Shown in pieces: positions 7,734-15,487 of a DNA stretch of 26,483 nt (position 1 is its first letter; each line of letters opens with the position of its first letter). Position numbers and translations under genes: made by a program. The DNA is from a virus (lineage: Duplodnaviria > Caudoviricetes). The stretch covers positions 1 through 26,483 of the IMG/VR virus record IMGVR_UViG_3300020411_000897. The stretch is one strand, 5' to 3'. Below the pieces are notes generated by a model. That model saw only the letters and a program-made list of their open reading frames with translations, ran no database searches and was not told the origin of the DNA.

Positions 7734-8681
7734 TTGCAAAAATTCTTACAATATGATTCTACAAAGAAGCAGGACGAGGGTACAGGCCTAAGTCCTGCTT
7801 TGATGAATAGATATAAAAAAGCTGCTATGCAAAGTAGCTATGTACATAATCAACGATATGGTAGAATAGCTACAACATCTGGTCTAGGCAAAAAATATAA
7901 AGATGATAAATTAAAAAAACTTAAACAAACTATGGATAAAAGAGATAAAGGTTTAAATATGGCAGCTAAGAAAACAGGTGGCTATCACTATCAAAAAGAA
8001 GATGCCCAAGATCCCAATCATCATAAATCAGAATTTGAAAGACATGCAAAAAAACAATTAGGTCATAACTCAATGGCTAATTCAGAAGAAGCTGCTAATA
8101 ATGATAAAGTAATGACTCATCATGAAGATAAAGAAGAGCATCATTTTGCAAAAGCTCAACATCATGCAAATGAATATCATAAATTAACTAAGAAGAAATT
8201 AACAATGCCTCCTAGGGCACATGAACACGAAGACCATGGTTATAGCAACGTAAATCACGGTAAATCGCATGGTATGTCTGATGATAGTCATTATGTTAAA
8301 GAAGCATTAGCTATAGCACCTTTGTTACCATATATTGCAACAGCCGCGGCTACAGCAAGTAGGATAAGCCCACAGACATATGCTCAAGCACCTTCAATGG
8401 TAGCTAAGAAAGCAAAAGATGTAGGTAAAGCAGCAAAGACTACTTATAAAAAATTTAAAGATACATGGAATAATAGAAAAGTATCAGGTGTCAAAGCTAA
8501 TGAAGAAGTCATGACAACAGCCGATGCTGGTATTCCACAAGATACAAAGAATATGGGTAAAACAAGATTGCCTATGCATATTCTTAGACGTAAACTTGGT
8601 GTTCCTATAAACGTCACAGATCGAAGACGTAGAAAAGATAAACCCCCAGCAATTAGAAAGAAATTTCGAGCACAGACCTAA
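7734..8681 (+). CDS. Modular Lys/His-rich putative internal head polyprotein
   Basis: TTG start directly after the upstream stop. Shares the KKQ(E/D)EGTGLS module with the 6118 protein and has a His-rich segment at 8019-8291. Confidence 0.65.
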   Translation: MQKFLQYDSTKKQDEGTGLSPALMNRYKKAAMQSSYVHNQRYGRIATTSGLGKKYKDDKLKKLKQTMDKRDKGLNMAAKKTGGYHYQKEDAQDPNHHKSEFERHAKKQLGHNSMANSEEAANNDKVMTHHEDKEEHHFAKAQHHANEYHKLTKKKLTMPPRAHEHEDHGYSNVNHGKSHGMSDDSHYVKEALAIAPLLPYIATAAATASRISPQTYAQAPSMVAKKAKDVGKAAKTTYKKFKDTWNNRKVSGVKANEEVMTTADAGIPQDTKNMGKTRLPMHILRRKLGVPINVTDRRRRKDKPPAIRKKFRAQT

Positions 8682-9112
8682 TGGCTAGAATATATTTGAC
8701 GATTATTATTATGGGTATTGTAGGCGGAGCAGGTTGGTTTGCTTATAATTACTATGTGACTACTCAAACTAGAATTGGAATACTAACGGCAAATAATGCT
8801 AAGTTAGAAACAGCCCAGAAACAAACTGCAGCTGAATTTGAACAATATAGAAATAAAGTTACAAAAGATATCGAAGAGTTTAAAGCAGAGTTAGTTAAAC
8901 AACAAGAACTTAATAATGAACTCAACGACAATTTAAAGAAATCTGAAGAGGCTAATAAAGCTATAGCAAAACTATTAGCTAATACAGATATAATTAAAAA
9001 TAGTCTTGCTGATCCAAAGGCAAGTGAGGATAAAATAAATGAAGAAGTTGATAACTTTTTCGGTGCTATTACTTGCGTTACTGATAATAAGTGCGTGCAG
9101 TCGAACCCCTGA
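8681..9112 (+). CDS. i-spanin (Rz-like)
   Basis: N-terminal TM helix, long coiled coil and C-terminal cysteines. The 3' end is overlapped by a lipoprotein gene. Confidence 0.75.
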   Translation: MARIYLTIIIMGIVGGAGWFAYNYYVTTQTRIGILTANNAKLETAQKQTAAEFEQYRNKVTKDIEEFKAELVKQQELNNELNDNLKKSEEANKAIAKLLANTDIIKNSLADPKASEDKINEEVDNFFGAITCVTDNKCVQSNP

Positions 9113-9425
9113 GAAAGAAATAATAACAGTACCTACAGTAGTTGAAACACCTGAAATAGAAAAACCCACTATTCAGATTGTCCCAAGACCTGATCCTGTT
9201 ATTATGAAAGACGCTGATATTGTTGTAATAACAGAATCTAATTTAGATGAAGTTATTGAACGTATTAAAGGTACACAGGGTGAATTTGTATTATATGCTT
9301 TAACAGCCTCAAGCTTTGAAGCACTTGCATTAAATTTAGAGCAAGTAAAAAGATTTATCGAGCAGCAAAATAATGTCATATTATATTATGAAAATAATTT
9401 AAAAGATGACCAAAAAGCCCCGTGA
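9039..9425 (+). CDS. o-spanin (Rz1-like) lipoprotein
   Basis: Signal peptide MKKLITFSVLLLALLIISA-C with a lipobox and a Pro-rich region after the Cys. Overlaps the i-spanin in another frame. Confidence 0.78.
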   Translation: MKKLITFSVLLLALLIISACSRTPEKEIITVPTVVETPEIEKPTIQIVPRPDPVIMKDADIVVITESNLDEVIERIKGTQGEFVLYALTASSFEALALNLEQVKRFIEQQNNVILYYENNLKDDQKAP

Positions 9426-9502
9426 TAAAACTTTAAAAATCCTATATACTATATCTAAAAACAACAATCAGAAATTAAACGCAATTCAGCGCAGGAGATA
9501 AT

Positions 9503-11731
9503 ATGCTTAAAGTCGTTCCAAATAATAAAGACTGGGATACCAGAAATATAATGTCACAAACTAAATTTTATGAAGGGTATTCGAGGTGGGACGATGAAAA
9601 AGACAGGTATGAAACTTGGGAAGAATCTGTCTCTAGAGTTATGAATATGCATAGAGATTATTATGCAAAGAAGATGACTCCTGAACTATCTCAATTGATT
9701 GATGAAGCAGAACATTTATATAAACTAAAATATTCTCTAGGAGCTCAAAGAGCATTACAATTTGGTGGAGATCAATTACTTAAACACCAAATGAGAATGT
9801 ATAACTGTACATCAACATATGCTGATAGGCCACGGTTTTTTTCAGAATGTTTTTATGTTTTATTATGCGGAGCAGGCGCTGGATTCTCCGTTCAAAATCA
9901 TCATGTTGCTAAACTTCCAACAATAGTAGAAAGAAAGAAACAAGCTAAAGGTTGGCAGGTAGAAGATAGTGTAGAAGGTTGGGCTGATGCATTAGGTGTA
10001 TTATTATCTTCATACTTCACAAAGAATCAGCAATTTCCAGAGTTCTCAGGTCGTAAAGTATATTTTGATTTAAATGGTATTAGACCTAAAGGAGCAATGA
10101 TCTCAGGTGGGTTTAAAGCTCCTGGACCTGAACCACTACGTAGAGCATTAGATAAGATAGAACATCTATTACAAGGAATAGTATTATCAGGTAGAGATAG
10201 ATTAAAACCAATTGAAGTATATGATATTACTATGCATGCTGCTGATGCAGTATTAGCTGGTGGTGTAAGACGATCAGCAACTATATGTTTATTTTCCAAA
10301 GATGACGAGGAGATGTTAAATGCTAAGACCGGAAATTGGTTTATTGATAATCCTCAGCGTGGCCGTTCCAATAATAGCGCTGTTGTTGTTAGAGATGAAT
10401 GCACAGAAGAAGAATTTAAAGTAATGATGAAATCAATAAAGGAATTCGGTGAACCCGGATTTTACTTTGTTGAATCTACAGAACATACTACTAATCCATG
10501 TGTTGAGATAGGAATGTATCCTCAAATAAATGGTAAGTCAGGTTGGCAAGGTTGTAATCTAACTGAAATTAATGGTGGTAAATGTACAAATAAAGAAGAG
10601 TTTTTTAAAGCTTGTAGAGCAGGTTCTATACTAGGAACACTTCAAGCTGGTTATACTGATTTTAAATATCTTGAAAATACTTCCAAGAAAATATTTGAAA
10701 GAGAAGCATTATTAGGAGTGTCTGTAACTGGGTGGATGAATAACCCAGATGTATTATTGGATGCTGAAATTCAACGGGAAGGAGCTGAAATTGTTAAAAA
10801 AATTAATAAAGAGGTTGCTGAGCTTATTGGAATCAATCCTGCGGCCAGGACCACGTGTGTTAAGCCTAGTGGAAACGCTTCGGTTTTATTGGAGACGGCT
10901 AGTGGTATCCACGCCGAGCATAGTCCTCGTTATCTACGCCATATTCAGTTAAATAAAGAAACTGAAGTAGGTCAATTAATTGCAAAGACCAACCCTTATA
11001 TGGTTGAAGAGAGTGTATGGTCAGCAAATAATACAGATTATTGTGTAGGCTTTCCAATTATAACACCTGAAGGATCATTATATAGACAAGAATTATATGG
11101 AACTGATCTATTAGAAAAAGTAAAACTTGTCCAACAGAATTGGGTTGAAGCCGGGACTAATGTAGATCTTTGCGCGGATCCAACTGTTAGACATAATGTA
11201 TCTAATACTGTAACTGTAATGCCGCATATGTGGCAAAAGGTAGAAAATTATGTATATGCTAATCGCCACTCATTCGCTGGAATATCTTTCTTATCTGGAT
11301 CTGGAGATAAAGATTACGCCCAAGCTCCTATGACAGAAGTTTTATCAGAAGAACAAATAGTTACTAAATATGGTAAAGCAGCTTTATTTGCTTCTGGTTT
11401 AATAGTAGATACTCGTAAATCAGGGTTTAGAGATTTGTGGGAAGCAACTATGTATGCTCAAATGGACGCTGAACATAGAGGGGAAATAAGCGACCTAAAT
11501 AAAGAATGGATAAGAAGGTTTAATAAGTTTGCTGATAATTACTTTATGAAAGACGCGGTAGAATGTGCTAATTGCTTAAAGGATGTCTTTTTATTACATA
11601 AATGGACAAAGATTCAACAAAACATTCAACCTATAGATTTTGTATCTCAATTAGATGAAAAAAGATTTACTGATATAGATACATTAGGTGCGGCCGCTTG
11701 TCAAGGTGGAGCCTGTGAAATAACTTTTTAG
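9503..11731 (+). CDS. nrdJ: Ribonucleotide reductase, most likely class II monomeric (adenosylcobalamin-dependent RTPR-like)
   Basis: Motifs YNC, AGGVRRSA, RSNNS, GEPG, TNPCVEI, CNLTE, CVKPSG and GIH, plus a C-terminal CQGGACEI redox tail. It has the RTPR-type EDSVEGW..IRPKGA..GPEPL segment, and no nrdB is adjacent. Confidence 0.8.
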   Translation: MLKVVPNNKDWDTRNIMSQTKFYEGYSRWDDEKDRYETWEESVSRVMNMHRDYYAKKMTPELSQLIDEAEHLYKLKYSLGAQRALQFGGDQLLKHQMRMYNCTSTYADRPRFFSECFYVLLCGAGAGFSVQNHHVAKLPTIVERKKQAKGWQVEDSVEGWADALGVLLSSYFTKNQQFPEFSGRKVYFDLNGIRPKGAMISGGFKAPGPEPLRRALDKIEHLLQGIVLSGRDRLKPIEVYDITMHAADAVLAGGVRRSATICLFSKDDEEMLNAKTGNWFIDNPQRGRSNNSAVVVRDECTEEEFKVMMKSIKEFGEPGFYFVESTEHTTNPCVEIGMYPQINGKSGWQGCNLTEINGGKCTNKEEFFKACRAGSILGTLQAGYTDFKYLENTSKKIFEREALLGVSVTGWMNNPDVLLDAEIQREGAEIVKKINKEVAELIGINPAARTTCVKPSGNASVLLETASGIHAEHSPRYLRHIQLNKETEVGQLIAKTNPYMVEESVWSANNTDYCVGFPIITPEGSLYRQELYGTDLLEKVKLVQQNWVEAGTNVDLCADPTVRHNVSNTVTVMPHMWQKVENYVYANRHSFAGISFLSGSGDKDYAQAPMTEVLSEEQIVTKYGKAALFASGLIVDTRKSGFRDLWEATMYAQMDAEHRGEISDLNKEWIRRFNKFADNYFMKDAVECANCLKDVFLLHKWTKIQQNIQPIDFVSQLDEKRFTDIDTLGAAACQGGACEITF

Positions 11732-11739
11732 GAGGAGTT

Positions 11740-11892
11740 ATGGAAGACAAGGAGTATTGGACGCAGTGTGTTGCTTGCGACACGGAAACACAAGTATTAG
11801 TAATCGATTCTAACGAAGCCCCGTTATTTTGTCCAATGTGTGGTTCTTCGATGGAATTCGAAGAAGTAGAAGAGGAAGAAGATGAAGGATAG
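11740..11892 (+). CDS. Small zinc-ribbon protein (50 aa), not in the ORF track
   Basis: GGAGGAG RBS. Translates as MEDKEYWTQCVACDTETQVLVIDSNEAPLFCPMCGSSMEFEEVEEEEDEG, with two CxxC motifs and an acidic tail. Confidence 0.85.
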   Translation: MEDKEYWTQCVACDTETQVLVIDSNEAPLFCPMCGSSMEFEEVEEEEDEG

Positions 11893-12664
11893 TATAGTAA
11901 ACGATAAATTTACCTGGGAACAAGCTACATGGTTAGCTAAACTATCTATGCATGCATATCAAGATGAGGAAGGATTTAAAAAAGGTGTTAAACCGACTGG
12001 GTGGAAATTAAAGTTCTTTGATTTTGGAGGGACTCAAGCATATGCATTAAATGGTAAAAAGAATTTCATATTAGTATTCAGGGGAACTCAACCGACTCAA
12101 TGGGAAGATATAAAAGCGGATTTAAAGTTTAGAAAAGAACCATCTATATCTTTAGGTGGTAATCCAGAAGGAAAGGTCCATAGAGGGTTTAAAGAAGCCC
12201 TTAATCATGTTTGGGATGATATTAAAAAACATTTAGATGAATGTGATTATACAAATAAAAATGTAATAATTACAGGTCATAGTTTAGGTGCAGCACTAGC
12301 TACATTAGTTGCTGGAAGATTAAATCAACCTGCTATATCTTTATACACATTTGGATCTCCTAGAGTAGGCAATGCTAAATGGCATTCTTGTCAAAAATTT
12401 AAACATTATAGATTTAGAAATAATAATGATATTGTAACAAGAGTTCCACCTGCCTTTATGGGTTTTAAACATCATGGTGAATTAGAATATTTTGATTATA
12501 AAGAAATGGTTAATACAGGATCAGGTAATTGGTATATGCTCCGTAATTGGTTTATGGGAATATACAGATCATTATTCTCATTAAGAACTTGGGATAGTTT
12601 TAGTGATCATGATATATCAACTTACTATAAACTATGTAAATCCCAGATGGTAGATAATGACTAA
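11882..12664 (+). CDS. Lipase class 3 family alpha/beta hydrolase
   Basis: Motifs LVFRGT, VHRGF, TGHSLGAALA, YTFGSPRVG, NNNDIVTRVP and C-terminal DH, giving a complete Ser-Asp-His triad. Confidence 0.92.
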   Translation: MKDSIVNDKFTWEQATWLAKLSMHAYQDEEGFKKGVKPTGWKLKFFDFGGTQAYALNGKKNFILVFRGTQPTQWEDIKADLKFRKEPSISLGGNPEGKVHRGFKEALNHVWDDIKKHLDECDYTNKNVIITGHSLGAALATLVAGRLNQPAISLYTFGSPRVGNAKWHSCQKFKHYRFRNNNDIVTRVPPAFMGFKHHGELEYFDYKEMVNTGSGNWYMLRNWFMGIYRSLFSLRTWDSFSDHDISTYYKLCKSQMVDND

Positions 12665-12667
12665 ATA
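12660..12667 (+). promoter_or_regulatory. Putative T4-type late promoter (ACTAAATA)
   Basis: TAAATA core overlapping the lipase stop, 5 nt before the next ATG. Confidence 0.35.
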
Positions 12668-12672
12668 GATTC

Positions 12673-13074
12673 ATGTGGTTATATAATGGTAAAGAGTTTA
12701 CAACAGCTCCTGAAGACTATCAAGGTTTTGTTTATGAGATTACTGAATTATCAACAGGTAAGAAATACATTGGTAAGAAGTTTTTTTGGAAACCTAAGAT
12801 ACTTCCTAAAACAAAGAAACGTAAAAGACGTGTTAAAACTCGTGTGGAATCCGACTGGATGGATTACTACGGTAGCAGTGAAACCGTCCGTAGAATCGCG
12901 TTAAATGAGGGCTATAGCGCCTTTAAACGCGAGATATTACGATTATGTAAGACTAAAGGTGAATGTAGCTATTATGAAGCAAAGCTACAATTTGAAAACG
13001 ATGTATTATTAAAAGATGAATATTATAACGAATTTATTGGATGTAAAATACATTCTAAGCATTTAACGGGTTGA
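12673..13074 (+). CDS. Stand-alone GIY-YIG (Seg-like) nuclease-domain protein
   Basis: Motifs GFVYEIT..KKYIGKK, YYGSS, REIL, YYE and YYN. No C-terminal DNA-binding repeats. Confidence 0.75.
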   Translation: MWLYNGKEFTTAPEDYQGFVYEITELSTGKKYIGKKFFWKPKILPKTKKRKRRVKTRVESDWMDYYGSSETVRRIALNEGYSAFKREILRLCKTKGECSYYEAKLQFENDVLLKDEYYNEFIGCKIHSKHLTG

Positions 13075-13099
13075 CATTATTTTAAAAGTGTGGTATAAT
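13071..13099 (+). promoter_or_regulatory. Consensus sigma70 promoter with extended -10
   Basis: TTGACA (13071-76), a 17-nt spacer ending in TGG, and TATAAT (13094-99). Predicted TSS about 13106. Confidence 0.9.
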
Positions 13100-13108
13100 T
13101 ATATTATG

Positions 13109-13316
13109 ATTTGACCGACGGGTCGAATAGTGAAGTGCAAGGAAACGTGTCTTACCAAGAGGCATAACTTGATTGCTTAGGCGTGGTAGCCAGGTTCAAG
13201 GTCTAGCGACTGAGAATCACATCGCCCTACCGGGCGGAAGTAAGTTCCAGGGGATTTGGAGAATGGTATCTCGGTCGACCTGGTTGGAGGTGAAACCCAA
13301 GTCCTCCCTTCACACT
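13109..13316 (+). ncRNA. Structured ncRNA of about 200 nt, probably manA RNA motif-like
   Basis: GC-rich island in AT-rich DNA with multiple hairpins and a closing helix GTGAAG/CTTCAC. The segments CAAGG-AAAC, TTGA..TAGG-GT-GT--CCAG, ACAT and TTGGAGG..CCCAA..CCTCC resemble my recollection of manA. The family call is from memory only. Confidence 0.7.
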
Positions 13317-13333
13317 TTAATTATGAGGATAGT

Positions 13334-14194
13334 ATGATATTAATAGATTATAATGCAATTGCAATTGGGAATGTAATTACCCAGAAATTAGATATAGATG
13401 AAGATCTTGTTAGACATATGATTCTTAATAGTCTAAGAATGCATCGTGTTAAACATAAAGATAAGTTTGGTGAATTAGTTATATGTTCTGATGGTCCCCA
13501 TAATTGGAGAAAAGATTTCTTCCCTCCTTATAAATTTAAAAGAAAAGATGCCCGTAAAGAATCTAAATTTGATTGGAATGAATTATTTCGAATTACTAAT
13601 ATGGTATTTGAAGAGCTACAAGAGAGTTTTCCTTATAAAGTAATATGGCATGATAGAGCTGAAGCAGATGATGTAATAGCAGCTATTGTAGAAAATACCC
13701 AAGAGTTTGGTCAAGGTGAAGATGTATTAATTATATCTGCTGATAAAGACTTTGCCCAATTACAAAAGTATAATAATGTGTCTCAGTGGTCTCATATGCA
13801 AAAGAAATGGATTAAAGAAGAAAGACCTCGTAGACAATTACAGGAATTGATTATGAAAGGTGATACCTCAGATGGTATCCCTAATGTTTTATCTAATGAT
13901 GATTGTTTTATGGAAGGTGTTAGACAGACTCCTTTAAGACAAAAGAATTTAGATGAAATGATTAATCGATTGTCAGAAGTTACTGCTAATCTAACTAATA
14001 CTCCTGAATGGTATCGTAACTATCTTAGAAATAAAAAATTAATAGACTTATCAGAGACTCCAAAAGACATTAAATCTGATATTATAAATAATTTTATGAC
14101 ACAGGATAAGTGGAATAATAAAAGTAAAGTATTTCCTTATCTTGTTGAAAAACGTTGTCGTAGATTATTAGAAGATGTAAGGGACTTTATATAA
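13334..14194 (+). CDS. rnh: T4-type RNase H (5'-3' exonuclease, FEN family)
   Basis: Motifs ILIDYN, NWRK..YK..RK, EADDVIA, SADKDFAQLQ and GDTSDGIPN. Start moved to ATG 13334, which follows a GAGG RBS. Confidence 0.93.
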   Translation: MILIDYNAIAIGNVITQKLDIDEDLVRHMILNSLRMHRVKHKDKFGELVICSDGPHNWRKDFFPPYKFKRKDARKESKFDWNELFRITNMVFEELQESFPYKVIWHDRAEADDVIAAIVENTQEFGQGEDVLIISADKDFAQLQKYNNVSQWSHMQKKWIKEERPRRQLQELIMKGDTSDGIPNVLSNDDCFMEGVRQTPLRQKNLDEMINRLSEVTANLTNTPEWYRNYLRNKKLIDLSETPKDIKSDIINNFMTQDKWNNKSKVFPYLVEKRCRRLLEDVRDFI

Positions 14195-14628
14195 TGGTTA
14201 ATAAAACTACATATCAAACTTATGAAATTTTAGAAAAAATATCTAAAGCTAAAACTAAAAAAGAAAAAATCAAATTACTTCAAGCACAAGATAATAATTG
14301 GGCCTTAAAAGATATCCTGAGAGGATCTTTTGATGACGCAGTACAATGGAATTTACCACAAGGAAAAGTTCCATATGAACCGGCACCAGAAGATTCGCAC
14401 CCATCTAATTGGTCACAACATAATCGTAAACTAGCTAATTTTGTAAAAGGTGGTCCTGGAACTAGAATGAAAGTTTTCGAAAGAGAAAAAATGTTTTTAG
14501 ATATTTTAGAAAGTATTCATCCTAGAGATGCAGAACTAATTGAACAAATGATAAATAAAAAGTTAGAAGTAAAAGGTATTACTAAAAATTTAATTAAAGA
14601 AGCATATCCGGATTTAATATTAAAATAA
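14194..14628 (+). CDS. Conserved hypothetical protein of T4-like phages (DUF6433-like)
   Basis: Pattern KTKKEKIKLL..W.LP.G..PY..REKMFLDILESIHP.DAE, coupled to rnh. Confidence 0.65.
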   Translation: MVNKTTYQTYEILEKISKAKTKKEKIKLLQAQDNNWALKDILRGSFDDAVQWNLPQGKVPYEPAPEDSHPSNWSQHNRKLANFVKGGPGTRMKVFEREKMFLDILESIHPRDAELIEQMINKKLEVKGITKNLIKEAYPDLILK

Positions 14629-14861
14629 TGCCTACTTATAAGTTAAGAAATAAATCCACAAAAGAAAACTTCGAGGTATTCTGCACTTATGCTGAGTTAC
14701 AAGAAAAACTTAAAGCAGATCCTGAGTTAGTCCACATGCTTTCCACTCCACAATTTGTAACTCAAACTGGTATGACTATTAATAAAACTAGTGATGGCTG
14801 GAAAGATGTATTAAGTAAAGTAAAGAAAAGTTCTGCAAAGAACAACACTATAAACAATTAG
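14628..14861 (+). CDS. Small conserved phage protein (FmdB-like MPTY start, lacking CxxC)
   Basis: MPTY...DGWKDVLSKVKK pattern and TAATG coupling. Confidence 0.65.
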   Translation: MPTYKLRNKSTKENFEVFCTYAELQEKLKADPELVHMLSTPQFVTQTGMTINKTSDGWKDVLSKVKKSSAKNNTINN

Positions 14862-14870
14862 GAGAAATAA

Positions 14871-15338
14871 ATGGCTTTTAAATTATCAAGTAGATCTAAA
14901 GGAAAGCTCGAAGGAGTTCATCCTGATATGGTGAAAGTTGTCGAGACTGCCATAGGCCTAACGAAAATCGACTTCGGCGTTACATATGGGGTGAGAACCG
15001 TTGAAGAACAGGAAAAGCTTGTTGCTTCTGGTCGTTCTCAAACTATGAAGTCAAAACATTTAATTCAAGATTCAGGATATTCACATGCAGTAGATGTTGT
15101 AGCCTATGATGGATCAGATGTTGTTTGGGAAATAAATGTTTATGATGATATATGTGATGCATTTAAGCAAGCAGCAGAACATCACGGTGTAGCTATTAAA
15201 TGGGGAGCAGCTTGGTCTGAAGGTGATATTAGATCTTATCCCGGAACTGCAGAAGATGCTATGATGAAATATGTTGATTTAAGGAGAAGTCAAGGTCGTA
15301 GGCCTTTTATAGATGGTCCACACTTTGAGTTAATGTAA
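14871..15338 (+). CDS. Endolysin, peptidase M15 (L-Ala-D-Glu peptidase-like)
   Basis: Zn-peptidase motifs LEGVHPD, GVRT.EEQ, SKH..HAVD, WG..W and DGPHFEL. AGGAG RBS. Confidence 0.9.
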   Translation: MAFKLSSRSKGKLEGVHPDMVKVVETAIGLTKIDFGVTYGVRTVEEQEKLVASGRSQTMKSKHLIQDSGYSHAVDVVAYDGSDVVWEINVYDDICDAFKQAAEHHGVAIKWGAAWSEGDIRSYPGTAEDAMMKYVDLRRSQGRRPFIDGPHFELM

Positions 15339-15487
15339 TGGCAAAATATAATCGATTTGATTCTCGAAATAAGAAAACTGATCGACATAAAAAATTAGAT
15401 CAAGTAAAGATACCTAAGATGCGTGATGTAAAAAAAGATGAACCACAACCCTATAGAATCAAATACTTCAGTAGCAAACAAACCTGA
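15338..15487 (+). CDS. Small basic protein (49 aa), not in the ORF track
   Basis: TAATG coupling to the endolysin. Begins MAKYNRFDSRNKKTDRHKK. Confidence 0.6.
   Translation: MAKYNRFDSRNKKTDRHKKLDQVKIPKMRDVKKDEPQPYRIKYFSSKQT

Noticed and set aside
9422-9470. Possible NrdR box, weak sigma70 promoter or cobalamin riboswitch upstream of nrdJ
   Set aside because: ATACTATATCTAAAAA matches only the left half of the NrdR palindrome. GTGATA-17-TATACT is weak, and the gap is too short and AT-rich for a riboswitch.
9503-11731. Intron or intein in the RNR gene
   Set aside because: The ORF is continuous and of normal length, with no intein or homing-endonuclease motifs.
585-12904. Nested + strand ORFs 585-830, 10749-10952 and 12686-12904
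   Set aside because: They are short out-of-frame ORFs inside conserved genes with no recognisable features.
12673-13074. Active mobile homing endonuclease element
   Set aside because: It has only a catalytic-like domain with no DNA-binding extension, so it is more like a resident conserved phage gene.
13109-13316. tRNA, tmRNA, RNase P RNA, CRISPR array or group I intron
   Set aside because: There is no cloverleaf, TTCGA T-loop or CCA arrangement, no tag ORF, no direct repeats and no interrupted gene.
13256-13333. 26-aa N-terminal extension of RNase H from TTG 13256 in the ORF track
   Set aside because: It lies within the structured RNA. ATG 13334 has an RBS and gives the typical MILID start.
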